Below, in pieces: positions 10,110-19,905 of a stretch of 64,000 nucleotides of DNA. Source of the DNA: Bacillota bacterium (lineage in GTDB: Bacteria > Bacillota > Clostridia > Lachnospirales > Bianqueaceae); the NCBI GenBank assembly GCA_017441925.1, contig JAFRUE010000016.1, positions 5,269 through 69,268 on the forward strand, written 5' to 3'. The notes beneath the pieces were generated by a model that saw nothing but the letters and a program-made list of their open reading frames with translations, made no database searches and was not told the origin of the DNA. The translations under genes were made by a program, and so were the position numbers. Each line of letters begins with the position of its first letter. Within the stretch, counting starts at the first letter, position 1.

Positions 10110-11453
10110 TTATTTCTGTGTCTTCTTATTTGTATCTTTACGGGATCTGTCCCCGGAAGCCCGGATCGTCCTGTCCAGTTCGGCGATCACTTCCTCCTGC
10201 GTCCTGCGCGGAGCTTTCAGCAGATCATAGAAAAGAACGCTGAGTACCGCGACGACCAGCACCGCCGCGATATGGACGGAGTCCTCTCCCCACGGCTGTA
10301 TGAAATAATTGCCGCTGATATAGTGATAATAGGCTATTCCTGATGAAAGCTGCATCATCGGGATCAGGAACCAGCGCCGTCCTTTCACGATCGCGTACAC
10401 GACGACCAGCACGTCAAGCAGATAGAAATATCGCTCGTGCATATGCGGGAGGAAGAAGACCGTGATCCCGATCAGGAACGCCGCTGCGTTCAGCAGACTG
10501 TCTCCGAGCGGCTGTATACGGCTAAGCCACAGGATCGCGAAGAATCCGCCGATCATGAACAGCGCGAACAGAGTCGCGCCGCGGTTGATGATCATCTGTC
10601 CGTATTCCCGGAACGCATAGAGCTGCCAGAAATTCGCGCAGCCGAGCGTCAGCTTCGTATAGCCCTGCATCTGTTTCTGATAGAACAGGAACGGCTCAGT
10701 AAATCCCGCTCCGCAGATATACGCGGGCAGGAACGACGCGAGCACCGAAAGCGGCACATATACCGCCGCGGTCAGCCGCAGTCTGCGCTGCAGGATCAGA
10801 TAGACCAGGAACGGCGCGAGGAAAAACGCCTGCAGCTTGTTCGCGAGCGCGAACCCGAACATGATGAAGACCGGGCAGCTTTTTCCGCGCAGTGCAAAAT
10901 ACAGTGAATACAGCAGGAAGCAGACGTAGATGCAGTCAGAATTGCCCCAGATGGCCGAGTTGATGAACTGTACCGGCAGCATCAGAACGGCAATATAGCC
11001 GATCGACGCTTTGTGGCGCGAATCCGTCAGATACCGGATGATCAGATAGACTGCCGCCGCATTCAGGATATCGGTGCAGAAATAAAAACCTTTTAACAGC
11101 GTCATCCAGTTCGCAAAGTACGTATGCGGGCCGACCGTGATCTCCGCCCCTGTCGGAAAGAGCGAGAGCACACCGACCGCAAAAAGATACAGCGGCGAAT
11201 AGTCCGCGTCGACCGTATAGAACCGCTGCAGCCCGACCTCCCGGATCTGCTGCATCCATTTGAAAATATAACCGGTCACGTCCTTGGTCGGAAACGGGGA
11301 CATCGCGAATTTGGCCATCATCGCGACTGCCGTCACAATCAATATCAGCAGGACATTGCTGTTCTTATGAAGAAACCGCAGTACAACTGCACTGCATCGA
11401 TCATACTCTCTTCGGAAAGATGCTGCAAAGCTTTTCTTTTTCTGATTCTTCAT
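10110..11453 (-). CDS. polytopic membrane protein, GT-C-like glycosyltransferase (Gpi18/PIG-V-like mannosyltransferase family, tentative)
   Basis: 447 aa with about 11 hydrophobic segments. The N-terminal loop motif (PTKDVTGYIFKWMQQI...DADYSPLYLF) resembles COG5542-type proteins. Confidence 0.55.
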   Translation of the reverse strand: MKNQKKKSFAASFRREYDRCSAVVLRFLHKNSNVLLILIVTAVAMMAKFAMSPFPTKDVTGYIFKWMQQIREVGLQRFYTVDADYSPLYLFAVGVLSLFPTGAEITVGPHTYFANWMTLLKGFYFCTDILNAAAVYLIIRYLTDSRHKASIGYIAVLMLPVQFINSAIWGNSDCIYVCFLLYSLYFALRGKSCPVFIMFGFALANKLQAFFLAPFLVYLILQRRLRLTAAVYVPLSVLASFLPAYICGAGFTEPFLFYQKQMQGYTKLTLGCANFWQLYAFREYGQMIINRGATLFALFMIGGFFAILWLSRIQPLGDSLLNAAAFLIGITVFFLPHMHERYFYLLDVLVVVYAIVKGRRWFLIPMMQLSSGIAYYHYISGNYFIQPWGEDSVHIAAVLVVAVLSVLFYDLLKAPRRTQEEVIAELDRTIRASGDRSRKDTNKKTQK

Positions 11454-11507
11454 TTTATAATCTCTTTTCGGATCAAGCTATTTTCGATTTGTATACTATA
11501 ATCTTTA

Positions 11508-12701
11508 TTAATGGCACCTCTTGCAAGGTTCATATCCTCTCTCAACTGCTTCATCATAAGAAATCGGAATACAACTGTTCTTAAGGCTAGAACACCATGC
11601 TTCATGATATTTAGAGCCTGTGTTCGTTATATATACGATTCTGCCTTCCAATGGTTCCTGTGCCGGTCCTTTCTCCGGAGCGCCTGTGTCTTCTGAACCA
11701 GTTTCATACACTATAAGGGTTTCCCCTTCCTCCTTCACAGGATCAGGCTCTGAAGCAGGAGTCGGTTCTTCTGTTACTACTTCTTTAGTTTCTTCAATTG
11801 GTTCTTCTATCGGTTCCTCCATCACTTCTTTTGTCGGTTCTTCTATTACTTCTTCAGATGCTTCTTCCGCCTGCTTTTCTGTCGTCTCCAGTTCATATAC
11901 AGATTCCACAGATGATTCCGAAACAGCTGCAATCTCTGCAGTCGATTCTTCTGTAATAATTACTGCCTGTTCTGGTTGATAAGATGCTTCCTGAGAACTT
12001 TCTATCAAGATAGAATTCTCGTTTGAAATTACATCTTCTGTTTGAATGGATCTCTCTATATTTTCACTGTTTTCAACTACAATAAGCTCAAAGGATTCTT
12101 CTTTTGATTCTTTTGCAGAGCTATTTTCCAACAAAACAGCTGGAGTTATTCCTCTCATCATAGAATCCTCTGTATTCTCTCCGGAAGATTCCGAAACTGC
12201 TGTACTATCGACAGATTGAGTTGTCGATTTATCCTGACTCGGATAAAAAGCGATAGCTGCTACTAATAATATAACGCATATAATAATTATTGATGATCTG
12301 TTATTTATACTGTCTGGCAAATAACCCATGATACGATTTCTGAGAGGTGACACCAATAAAGCCAGCAATGCAAAAGCTAGAATAGGTATTATTGCACCAG
12401 ATGATAGTATAGATAAAGCGGAAACAGCAAAAAAGCCACAACCAATCCAACTCCAGATTTTTTTAGCTTTCAACCTATCTCTTTGAGATCGTTCAGTTTT
12501 TACCGGCCGGTCCTCAGGAACGGTTGTACTTACATACGACAATCCTGTACCCGGAATTCCTGCTGATTTTGTTTTCTTGCCGCTTGAATGCATTGTGTAA
12601 TGCAAGCCTTTAGTTCCAATTGTAGTACTGATACCTTTTTTACCGATATTCAGCTTCGCTTCTTTACCAATCTTTATATTTCTCTTAAATCGCAGTCCCA
12701 T
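11508..12701 (-). CDS. DUF4236 domain membrane protein with acidic low-complexity region and C-terminal Cys/His motif
   Basis: N-terminus MGLRFKRNIKIGKEAKLNIGKKGISTTIGTKGLHY...GIPGTGLSY matches the DUF4236 signature. Two TM segments follow, then a Glu/Pro/Thr-rich repeat region. C-terminus is GSKYHEAWCSSL...GYEPCKRCH. About 35% GC. Confidence 0.75.
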   Translation of the reverse strand: MGLRFKRNIKIGKEAKLNIGKKGISTTIGTKGLHYTMHSSGKKTKSAGIPGTGLSYVSTTVPEDRPVKTERSQRDRLKAKKIWSWIGCGFFAVSALSILSSGAIIPILAFALLALLVSPLRNRIMGYLPDSINNRSSIIIICVILLVAAIAFYPSQDKSTTQSVDSTAVSESSGENTEDSMMRGITPAVLLENSSAKESKEESFELIVVENSENIERSIQTEDVISNENSILIESSQEASYQPEQAVIITEESTAEIAAVSESSVESVYELETTEKQAEEASEEVIEEPTKEVMEEPIEEPIEETKEVVTEEPTPASEPDPVKEEGETLIVYETGSEDTGAPEKGPAQEPLEGRIVYITNTGSKYHEAWCSSLKNSCIPISYDEAVERGYEPCKRCH

Positions 12702-12769
12702 GTCAACGTCTCCTAATACTATGCCTTAATACTTTACGTTTCCCAAAGCTTTACTGTTTATCAGTTCTT

Positions 12770-13501
12770 TTAAACATTATCTGGACTCTCTTTTTTCTCC
12801 AGTTCATTCATATATCCGGCAGTTATTATACCTGCCGGCAAAGCAACTATTGCAATTCCAAACACTGACGACACCATGGTTACAATTCTGCCGAGTACAG
12901 AAACTGGATAAATATCTCCATAACCTACCGTAGTCAACGAAACCGTCGCCCAGTAAACAGCATCAAAGAAAGTATCAAAAGAGTCTGGCTCAACATTAAA
13001 AATCAAAAGTGCCGAAACAAGTATATACCCACCGGCCAACACGCAGACAGCAATCAAGGAATTCTTCGATGATCGGAGTACATTTCCTATTATTGCAAAG
13101 CTTTTCGAATACCTCATGGTTTTGAAAGCCCGAACAACGCGTAATGCACGAATCATTCGTAATACACGAAGCAGTTTAAAACTGCTGCTAACAATAGTTA
13201 AAGACGGCAATATAGATAGCAGATCTATGATCGCCATCAGTGAAAAAGGATATCTTATAAATGAAAAAACACTGTTATTTTCAAATTTATAATCTGCTGT
13301 AATCCACCGCAGCAAATAATCAATTATAAATACTACTACAGCAGCTTTATCTATAATTAGGAAGAAGTTATTCTCTATTTTAAAAGCCAGCGGAATCAGA
13401 CTTAAAACGATCATAACTATCATGAAAACATCATATACTTTACTCAACCGATCATTTCCGGCTGACTTTTCAATGATCTCAAAAATACGTTTTCGGCTCA
13501 T
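12770..13501 (-). CDS. voltage-gated-type potassium channel (6-TM ion transport protein)
   Basis: S4-like LLRVLRMIRALRVVRAFKTMR and selectivity filter TTVGYGD. 243 aa, low GC. Confidence 0.88.
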   Translation of the reverse strand: MSRKRIFEIIEKSAGNDRLSKVYDVFMIVMIVLSLIPLAFKIENNFFLIIDKAAVVVFIIDYLLRWITADYKFENNSVFSFIRYPFSLMAIIDLLSILPSLTIVSSSFKLLRVLRMIRALRVVRAFKTMRYSKSFAIIGNVLRSSKNSLIAVCVLAGGYILVSALLIFNVEPDSFDTFFDAVYWATVSLTTVGYGDIYPVSVLGRIVTMVSSVFGIAIVALPAGIITAGYMNELEKKESPDNV

Positions 13502-14029
13502 CTTATCATAGCTCCTTCGTTTGTGTCAAAAAAGGCTTTTCTGATACATTTATAATATGAAAATGGAGAAAGGTTTTTCTCTCTTTATTCGGTTCAAATA
13601 TATATTTCTACTGAACTCAAGCTCTTCCAACTCACCTATGCAAGAATTTATATCTGAATACTATTCTGATACTTCTCACAGTCATCCTTTTGTCATTACT
13701 ATATTTTGTAATTATAGTATACCACAATTATACAATAAAATACGCAGTAATTCTGAATCGACTTCACTATTTTTTAGGAAAAATCAAGTAATGGTAAATA
13801 CACTACTATGAGATTTTCTATACAGATATACTTTCTATCAATAGAAAGTCCAGTGAAAAGCAGTTTTTTGAGACTTGACGAAAAACCTGATTTATAATTA
13901 TAATAACTAGAAGATATGATAATGTCTATCATGCTACCAAAGATAATCTTTTACGTAATAACTGGTATGAACTGTATAGCACGACAGGGAAACACCTGTC
14001 ATAAATCATTTCAATAGGAGGTCATCATT

Positions 14030-14548
14030 ATGAATGAAGTACTGAAAAACCTGAAAGAACGCCGCAGCTGCCGCAGCTACAAGCCGGATATGATCCCGGA
14101 CGAGATCCTGGACCAGATCCTCGAAGCAGGCACATATGCCGCTACCGGTATGGGCAAACAGTCCCCGATCATCATCGCGGTAACAGATAAAGAGACCCGC
14201 AATAAGCTGTCCCGTCTGAACGCGGCAGTCATGGGATCCTCGAACGATCCGTTCTACGGTGCTCCTGTCGTTCTGGTGGTGCTTGCCAACACAGCTATCG
14301 GGACATACAAATATGACGGCAGCCTGGTCATGGGCAATCTTCTGAACGCCGCGCACGCGCTCGGGATCGGCAGCTGCTGGATCCACAGGGCCAAAGAAGT
14401 TTTCGAGTCCGAAGAGGGCAAAGAGATCCTGAAATCCCTTGGCATCGAGGGCGAATACGAGGGTATCGGCAACTGCATCCTCGGATATCCCGCAGCGGAC
14501 CCGAATCCCGCCGCACCGAGAAAAGCCGGTTATATCTACAAAATCTGA
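14030..14548 (+). CDS. nitroreductase family protein
   Basis: 172 aa. ERRSCRSYKPD and SCWIHRA motifs are typical of the NADH oxidase/nitroreductase fold. Confidence 0.88.
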   Translation: MNEVLKNLKERRSCRSYKPDMIPDEILDQILEAGTYAATGMGKQSPIIIAVTDKETRNKLSRLNAAVMGSSNDPFYGAPVVLVVLANTAIGTYKYDGSLVMGNLLNAAHALGIGSCWIHRAKEVFESEEGKEILKSLGIEGEYEGIGNCILGYPAADPNPAAPRKAGYIYKI

Positions 14549-14614
14549 TCAGGCAGCGTCTGTTCACCGTTAAGAGAGGAGAAGGCCGGCCCAAGCAGCC
14601 GGCCATAAATATCT

Positions 14615-15520
14615 ATGCATGACTTGCTTTTGCTGCAGATCACGCTGTTCTCCATGGTCGCCGTCGGATTTCTGGTCAAAAGGCTACATATCGTCGGCGT
14701 GGAAGGTCAGAAGAACATTACCGATCTTGTGCTGATGGTCATCCTGCCCGCCAATATTCTGACCAGCTTTACCGCGACGATCAGCCCGGAAACAATGCGT
14801 GAGTGCCTGTGGATGCTGTTCATTTCCCTCGGCATCCAGATTCTTGTCGTTATTCTCGGCAAATTCATTTTTCCCCGGCAGGCGGAGGACCGCAAACGTA
14901 ATCTCCGCTATGCCCTGATCTGCTCCAACGCGGGCTTTCTAGGCAATCCTGTGGCGGAAGGCGTATTCGGCGCGACAGGGCTCATGTATGCCAGCATTTA
15001 TCTGATCCCGCAGCGCATAATGATGTGGTCGGAAGGCCTGGCCGTTTTCTCCGGCGATAAAGATATCAAAGGCACCATCAAGAGGGTGCTCCTGCATCCT
15101 TGCGTAATTTCCTGTAATATCGGCATCATACTTATGCTTCTCGGCGTCAAGCTGCCGGATTTCATCGATCAGCCGGTAAAGACCCTGGGTCGCTGCACCA
15201 CCCCGCTCTCTATGCTTGTCGTTGGAATGATCCTGGCAGACATCGATCTGAAGCATCTGATCGACCGGACCGTGATCGAATTTACGATCGTCCGTCTCGT
15301 GCTGATCCCGCTTGCCGTCTATCTGATCTGCCTGCTCCTGCCGATCAGCCGCGCCGCCATCGGCGTGTCGGTACTGCTCGCAGCCATGCCCGCAGGTACC
15401 ACGACGACCATGCTCGCGGTCAAATACGACCGGGATCCGGCATTTGCCACCAAGCTGGTCATTTTCTCCACGCTTTGTTCCATTCCGGCGATCATGCTCT
15501 GGAGCCTGATCCTTGTCTGA
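14615..15520 (+). CDS. AEC (auxin efflux carrier) family transporter
   Basis: 301 aa with about 10 TM segments and family-typical N- and C-terminal repeats. Confidence 0.8.
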   Translation: MHDLLLLQITLFSMVAVGFLVKRLHIVGVEGQKNITDLVLMVILPANILTSFTATISPETMRECLWMLFISLGIQILVVILGKFIFPRQAEDRKRNLRYALICSNAGFLGNPVAEGVFGATGLMYASIYLIPQRIMMWSEGLAVFSGDKDIKGTIKRVLLHPCVISCNIGIILMLLGVKLPDFIDQPVKTLGRCTTPLSMLVVGMILADIDLKHLIDRTVIEFTIVRLVLIPLAVYLICLLLPISRAAIGVSVLLAAMPAGTTTTMLAVKYDRDPAFATKLVIFSTLCSIPAIMLWSLILV

Positions 15521-15543
15521 GTTTTTACATCTGAGATCTACTG

Positions 15544-15584
15544 CACCCCGATCCGCGCCGCAGACCGGTCCGGGGTGTTTTTTT
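15544..15584 (+). terminator. intrinsic terminator after the AEC transporter gene
   Basis: CACCCCG...CGGGGTG stem followed by TTTTTTT. Confidence 0.75.
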
Positions 15585-15603
15585 GCGTCTATTACACATA
15601 TTG

Positions 15604-15636
15604 CCTATTGACTTAATAGGTATTATAGGCTATACT
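15604..15636 (+). promoter_or_regulatory. suf operon promoter with overlapping palindrome (candidate Rrf2 operator)
   Basis: TTGACT (15608-15613), 17-nt spacer, TATACT (15631-15636). The palindrome CCTATT-gactt-AATAGG (15604-15620) spans the -35 box. Confidence 0.55.
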
Positions 15637-15723
15637 GGATTCCGGATCCGGCAACAGGTTCAGACGGCTTCCGTTCCTGTCCTTCCGGACCACATAAAAC
15701 TGTATCTAAAAGGAGATCATCAT

Positions 15724-16476
15724 ATGGGAAACGAATTGCTCGCCGTCCGCTCACTGCGGGCTGCTGCTGAAGATAAAGAGATCCTGAAAGGCCTCGATCT
15801 TACGATCGCTCCCGGGGAGATCCACGTCATCATGGGCCCGAACGGAGCCGGCAAATCCACACTCGCCGCCGTACTGATGGGCAGCCCGAAATATACCGTC
15901 ACCGACGGCACGATCCTTTTCCGCGGCAAAGACCTGCTGGAGCAGCCGGTCAGTCAGCGCGCCAAGAACGGACTGTTCCTGTCCTTCCAGAACCCTGTCG
16001 AAGTGCCCGGCATCTCGATGGAGAATTTCATCCGCTCTGCTCTTGACCAGCGGTCAGAAGACAAAGTCCGTCCCTGGGTCTTCCATAAGGAAGTCCAGCG
16101 TGTGCTGAAAGCGCTCGACATGGATGAGAGCTATGCAGAACGCGATCTGAACGTCGGTTTCTCCGGCGGCGAGAAGAAGAAGGCTGAGATCCTGCAGCTT
16201 CTGCTCCTGAAGCCGACCCTCGCGATCCTCGATGAAACAGATTCCGGTCTCGACGTCGACGCGGTGCAGACCGTTTCCCGCGGTATCGAGGAGTTCCGCA
16301 AAGACAAAGACGCGGCGCTTCTGATCATCACGCACAACGCGGCGATCCTCTCCGCTCTGCATGTGGACCGCGTCCATGTACTCGTAGACGGCCACATCGC
16401 GGCTGAAGGCGGCCCGGAGCTGATCGGTGAGATCGAGCGCAGCGGTTTTGCGGCCTACGAAGGAGATCAGGCATGA
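15724..16476 (+). CDS. sufC: Fe-S cluster assembly ATPase SufC
   Basis: GPNGAGKST, FSGGEKKK, LAILDETDSGLD. The start at 15724 follows AAAGGAG; the upstream part of the track ORF is non-coding leader. Confidence 0.93.
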   Translation: MGNELLAVRSLRAAAEDKEILKGLDLTIAPGEIHVIMGPNGAGKSTLAAVLMGSPKYTVTDGTILFRGKDLLEQPVSQRAKNGLFLSFQNPVEVPGISMENFIRSALDQRSEDKVRPWVFHKEVQRVLKALDMDESYAERDLNVGFSGGEKKKAEILQLLLLKPTLAILDETDSGLDVDAVQTVSRGIEEFRKDKDAALLIITHNAAILSALHVDRVHVLVDGHIAAEGGPELIGEIERSGFAAYEGDQA

Positions 16477-17882
16477 ATAAAGAGAAAACAAATGTCGCGG
16501 ACGTCGACCGTTCGTTCTATGACTTCCGGTATGCGGACGATTCCTGGAAAGTCAAGAGCGGCCTGACTCCAGAAATCGTCGCGCAGATCTCGGAGGAAAA
16601 GCACGATCCGGACTGGATGCGCGAATTCCGCCTCAAGTCTCTCGAGATCTTTGAACGGACCGAGATGCCGGACTGGGGACCGTCCATCGAAGGTCTGGAT
16701 ATGGACAATATCGTCACCTATGTGCGTCCCAATGCGGAACGCATGAATACACGCTGGGAAGACGTCCCGACCGATATCAAGGATACCTTCCGGCGGCTCG
16801 GGATCCCGCAGGCGGAGCGCGAGGGGCTCGCGGGCGTCGGCGCGCAGTACGATTCCGAGCTCGTCTATCACAACATCCGCAAAGAAGTCGCGGAGCTCGG
16901 CGTCGTCTATACCGATATCGAAAGCGCCCTGCACGGTGAATACGGTGATATGATCCGTGAGCACTTCATGAAGCTCGTCCCTCCGACTGACCACAAATTC
17001 GCGGCGCTGCACGGCGCGGTCTGGTCCGGTGGATCCTTTGTATATGTTCCACCGCATGTCAAGGTCGAGATCCCGCTGCAGTCCTATTTCCGGCTCAACG
17101 CACCGGGAGCGGGACAGTTCGAACACACCCTGATCATCGTGGATGAGGGCGCCGACCTGCATTTCATAGAAGGCTGCAGCGCGCCCAAATACAATGTCGC
17201 GAATCTGCACGCCGGCTGCGTGGAGCTTTTTGTCGGCCGGAACGCAAGGCTGCGTTACTCCACTATTGAGAACTGGTCCAAGAACATGTATAACCTGAAC
17301 ACCAAGCGCGCCAAAGTCGAAGAAGGCGGCCGGATCGAATGGGTCAGCGGTTCTTTCGGCTCTCACGTCAGCTATCTCTACCCCATGAGCGTGCTGGACG
17401 GCGAAGGCGCCCGCAGCGAATTCACCGGCGTCACGTTTGCCGGCGCGGGACAGAATCTCGATACGGGATGCAAAGTCCTGCACAACGCGCCGAACACTTC
17501 CAGCTACGTAAACACCCGCTCGATCTCCAAAGACGGCGGCGCAAGCACTTTCCGCAGCGCTGTGGTCATCACGCCCAGGGCAAAAGGCAGCAAAGCCGCT
17601 GTCTCCTGCCAATCGCTGATGATCGATGACATCTCCCGTTCCGATACGATCCCGGCAATGGACGTCCGGACGAGCGAAGCAAATGTCGGGCATGAGGCGC
17701 GGATCGGACGGATCTCCGATGACGCGGTCTTCTATCTGATGAGCCGCGGGATCTCCGAAGAAGAAGCCCGGGCGCTGATCGTGAGCGGCTTTGCGGAGAA
17801 TGTTTCCAAAGAGCTGCCTCTGGAATACGCTGTCGAAATGAACAATCTGATCCGAATCGAAATGAAGGGAGCGATCGGCTGA
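16473..17882 (+). CDS. sufB: Fe-S cluster assembly protein SufB
   Basis: 469 aa with conserved SufB blocks. ATGA overlap with sufC. Confidence 0.93.
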   Translation: MNKEKTNVADVDRSFYDFRYADDSWKVKSGLTPEIVAQISEEKHDPDWMREFRLKSLEIFERTEMPDWGPSIEGLDMDNIVTYVRPNAERMNTRWEDVPTDIKDTFRRLGIPQAEREGLAGVGAQYDSELVYHNIRKEVAELGVVYTDIESALHGEYGDMIREHFMKLVPPTDHKFAALHGAVWSGGSFVYVPPHVKVEIPLQSYFRLNAPGAGQFEHTLIIVDEGADLHFIEGCSAPKYNVANLHAGCVELFVGRNARLRYSTIENWSKNMYNLNTKRAKVEEGGRIEWVSGSFGSHVSYLYPMSVLDGEGARSEFTGVTFAGAGQNLDTGCKVLHNAPNTSSYVNTRSISKDGGASTFRSAVVITPRAKGSKAAVSCQSLMIDDISRSDTIPAMDVRTSEANVGHEARIGRISDDAVFYLMSRGISEEEARALIVSGFAENVSKELPLEYAVEMNNLIRIEMKGAIG

Positions 17883-18691
17883 TGAAACAGATGATCAATA
17901 CTCCGCCGGCCAGGACCTTCCGATGGCTCGGCGTCAACGGGACAGCAGCAGAACTCCCGCAGGAAGCCGGAAATTACACCTGTTCTGTCCCTGAAGGGGC
18001 TGAACAGACCTTTGTTCTGCAGGAGAACTCTTCTCTGCAGAAAGTGACCATAGAAGTCGGACCGCACGCGGTCTTCCGCCTGATCCAGATCCACCGGAAC
18101 ACGGATGATACCGAACGTTTCTCGGAAATCCGGGTCAACTGTCAGGAATCCGCCCGTTTCGAATGGTACCGGATCGTTCTGGGCGGGAACTGTTATGACA
18201 ACTGCTCCGTCGCCCTCTCCGGCGCGGACAGCAGCTTCACGGCTGAGATCGGTTATCGTCTCGACGGCAGCGACAGACTTGATGTAAATTGTGAAGCTAT
18301 CCATACCGGCCGGCGCACCCGGAGCACGATCCATGCCTCCGGTGTCATGACCGGTGCCTCCGCCAAGATCCTGCGCAGCACGATCGATCTGCAGAAAGGC
18401 TGCAAAGGCGCGGTCGGCAACGAGCAGGAAGACGTGCTGCTGCTTGATGAGACCGTCGAGAACCGCAGCGTCCCGGTCATCCTCTGCACAGAGGAAGATG
18501 TCGAAGGTAACCACGGCACCACGATCGGGCAGCTTGATGAGGATCTGGTCTTCTATCTGTCCACCCGCGGCATCCCGCAGGAAGCGATCTATGACATGAT
18601 GGCGCGCGCGCGTATCGACGCCGTGATCCGCAGGATCCCGGATCCCGCTCTTCAGACGGCCCTTCTGGACGAAAAGGAGGCCGCCATCTGA
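17882..18691 (+). CDS. sufD: Fe-S cluster assembly protein SufD (short form)
   Basis: 269 aa. SufB/SufD beta-helix C-terminal block (EEDVEGNHGTTIGQLDEDLVFYLSTRGI). Translationally coupled on both sides. Confidence 0.85.
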   Translation: MKQMINTPPARTFRWLGVNGTAAELPQEAGNYTCSVPEGAEQTFVLQENSSLQKVTIEVGPHAVFRLIQIHRNTDDTERFSEIRVNCQESARFEWYRIVLGGNCYDNCSVALSGADSSFTAEIGYRLDGSDRLDVNCEAIHTGRRTRSTIHASGVMTGASAKILRSTIDLQKGCKGAVGNEQEDVLLLDETVENRSVPVILCTEEDVEGNHGTTIGQLDEDLVFYLSTRGIPQEAIYDMMARARIDAVIRRIPDPALQTALLDEKEAAI

Positions 18692-19905
18692 TGAACATGG
18701 ATTTCAGAAAAGACTATCCGCTGCTTGCGGCCCGTCCGGATCTCTGTTATCTGGACAGCGCTGCCACCGCCCAGAAACCGGCCTGCGTCATCGAAGCGGA
18801 GGCACGTTTCTACCGCAAAATCAACGCCAATCCGCTGCGCGGGCTCTACTCGCTCGCACAGGACGCTACCGAAGCGTACGAATCCGCGAGGGAGACGGTC
18901 AGGCGCTTCCTGAACGCGCCAAGTTCTGCCGAGATCATTTTTACACGCAATGCTTCCGAGAGTCTGAATCTCGTTGCCTATTCCTACGGGAGTTTCCTGT
19001 CCCCGGGCGATGAGATCGTTGTGACGGTCATGGAGCATCACAGCAATCTTCTGCCCTGGCAGCAGGCTGCAAAGCGCAGCGGCGCGATACTTAAGTATAT
19101 CGAATGCGACGAAAAGGGACGGATCTCCGAAGCCGCCTTCCGCGCCGCGGTGACCGACCGTACACGGATCGTCGCGATGACGCAGATCTCAAACGTTCTC
19201 GGCGTACGGAACGACATCCGGACTTTCGCCGCGATCGCGCACGAATCCGGCGCTGTCTTTGTATGCGACGGAGCCCAGAGCGTACCGCATATTCCCGTCG
19301 ACGTACAGGCGCTCGGCGTGGACTTTCTGGCTTTTTCCGGGCATAAGATGGGCGGCCCGATGGGAATCGGCGTCCTCTACGGCCGCAGAAAGCTGCTCGA
19401 AGCCATGCCGCCGTTTCTTACGGGCGGTGAGATGATCGAGTTCGTGACGCGGGAAGGTGCCACTTATGCCGAACTTCCGCACAAATTCGAAGCCGGGACC
19501 GTGAATGCCGCCGGTGCCGTCGGCCTTGCCGAAGCGATCCGTTATTATGAACAGCTTGGTTTTGACGTGCTCACAGCCCGTGAGGAAGAACTCGGAACCC
19601 TGCTCTATGAAGAACTGACCCGTATCCCGCACCTGCGTCTGTATGGTGCGGACAACGCGAAAGATCACAACGGGATCTTCACTTTCAGCATCGAAGGTGT
19701 GCATCCGCATGATATCGCCGAGATCCTGAATGCTGACAATGTCTGCGTCAGGGCCGGCCATCACTGCGCTCAGGTCCTGATGCAGCATCTGCATACGCCC
19801 GCGACCGTACGGGCCAGTCTGATGTTCTACAACACGGAGGAAGAGATCGCGCGCCTCGCGGATTCTCTGCGTTCCGTCAGAAGGAGGATGGGATATGCCG
19901 AATAG
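18691..19905 (+). CDS. sufS: cysteine desulfurase SufS
   Basis: 404 aa. PLP lysine in FSGHKMGGP, active-site RAGHHCAQ. Confidence 0.93.
   Translation: MNMDFRKDYPLLAARPDLCYLDSAATAQKPACVIEAEARFYRKINANPLRGLYSLAQDATEAYESARETVRRFLNAPSSAEIIFTRNASESLNLVAYSYGSFLSPGDEIVVTVMEHHSNLLPWQQAAKRSGAILKYIECDEKGRISEAAFRAAVTDRTRIVAMTQISNVLGVRNDIRTFAAIAHESGAVFVCDGAQSVPHIPVDVQALGVDFLAFSGHKMGGPMGIGVLYGRRKLLEAMPPFLTGGEMIEFVTREGATYAELPHKFEAGTVNAAGAVGLAEAIRYYEQLGFDVLTAREEELGTLLYEELTRIPHLRLYGADNAKDHNGIFTFSIEGVHPHDIAEILNADNVCVRAGHHCAQVLMQHLHTPATVRASLMFYNTEEEIARLADSLRSVRRRMGYAE

Noticed and set aside
13557-13811. 84-aa ORF in the AT-rich spacer of the low-GC island.
   Set aside because: No RBS, low-complexity Ser/Ile/Phe/Asn-rich sequence. 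AT-rich DNA yields such ORFs by chance.
16467-17693. 408-aa ORF antisense to sufB. Many similar long antisense or off-frame ORFs exist, e.g. 31340-33046 (568 aa), 51015-53195 (726 aa), 58125-59729 (534 aa), 35608-37104 (498 aa), 37633-39051 (472 aa), 23281-24582 (433 aa), 48201-49493 (430 aa) and 53117-54301 (394 aa).
   Set aside because: They overlap genes with unmistakable conserved motifs on the other strand. They are Arg/Ala/Asp/His-rich low-complexity translations typical of stop-codon-poor high-GC DNA, and they lack RBSs or recognisable domains.
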